From a virus, in the IMG/VR virus record IMGVR_UViG_3300043408_000061, positions 1 through 63,998 of that record: a stretch of 63,998 nt of DNA; one strand, 5' to 3'. How positions within the stretch are numbered: the first letter of the stretch is position 1; each line of letters starts with the position of its first letter. Shown here in pieces: positions 63,681 to 63,998 of the stretch. The notes below the pieces were generated by a model that saw only the letters and a list, made by a program, of their open reading frames with translations, did no database searches and was not told the origin of the DNA. Made by a program: the position numbers and the translations under genes.

Positions 63681-63998
<318 letters not shown>

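Overview
The window is a complete tailed-phage (Caudoviricetes) genome. The first 127 nt are identical to the last 127 nt, so it is a closed assembly of about 63,871 bp.

Layout: two divergent arms start in a repeat-rich control region at about 4481-4918.
- Rightward arm (4919-43759): small terminase, ParB-like protein, HNH endonuclease, a run of tiny membrane ORFs, large terminase and portal. Next comes an unusual ~13-kb block of adhesin/fibre-like proteins (DUF11-like repeats, PA14-like domain, Cys-rich paralogs) with an embedded lysis cassette (small holin-like ORF, HU-like protein, lipoprotein, holin, M15 endolysin) and two cysteine-peptidase genes. After that come scaffold, major capsid, a strong terminator, a collagen-like fibre, putative internal/ejection proteins, a lambda-R-type (GH104) transglycosylase, and a 2652-aa polyvalent protein.
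- Leftward arm (4480 down through the junction to 43804): about 10 kb of small early genes of unknown function, ending at a terminator at 58314-58372. Then a replication module: Prim-Pol/VirE primase-helicase, DUF2800-type nuclease, DUF2815-type SSB, HNH-AP2 endonuclease, family-A DNA polymerase, dNTP pyrophosphohydrolase-like protein, VRR-NUC and SNF2 helicase.

I recognised no tRNA, CRISPR array, integrase, repressor or reverse transcriptase.

Most unusual features:
1. Five tandem early-gene paralogs (61383 through the junction to 363). Each has a near-identical ~100-aa head and a hypervariable Ala-rich tail encoded by GCN trinucleotide repeats.
2. The giant virion protein, with duplicated HExxH plus ART-like modules.
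3. An AT-rich palindrome/iteron island at 3544-3912.
4. A 13-unit heptamer (CCCCAAG) array in the divergent control region.
5. Four late genes whose ATG sits exactly where a TATAAT-type box would start transcription (candidate leaderless mRNAs).
6. Recurrent Cys-Cys dipeptides in the late proteins.

All functional calls come from motifs read by eye and remembered family signatures. No database search was run.
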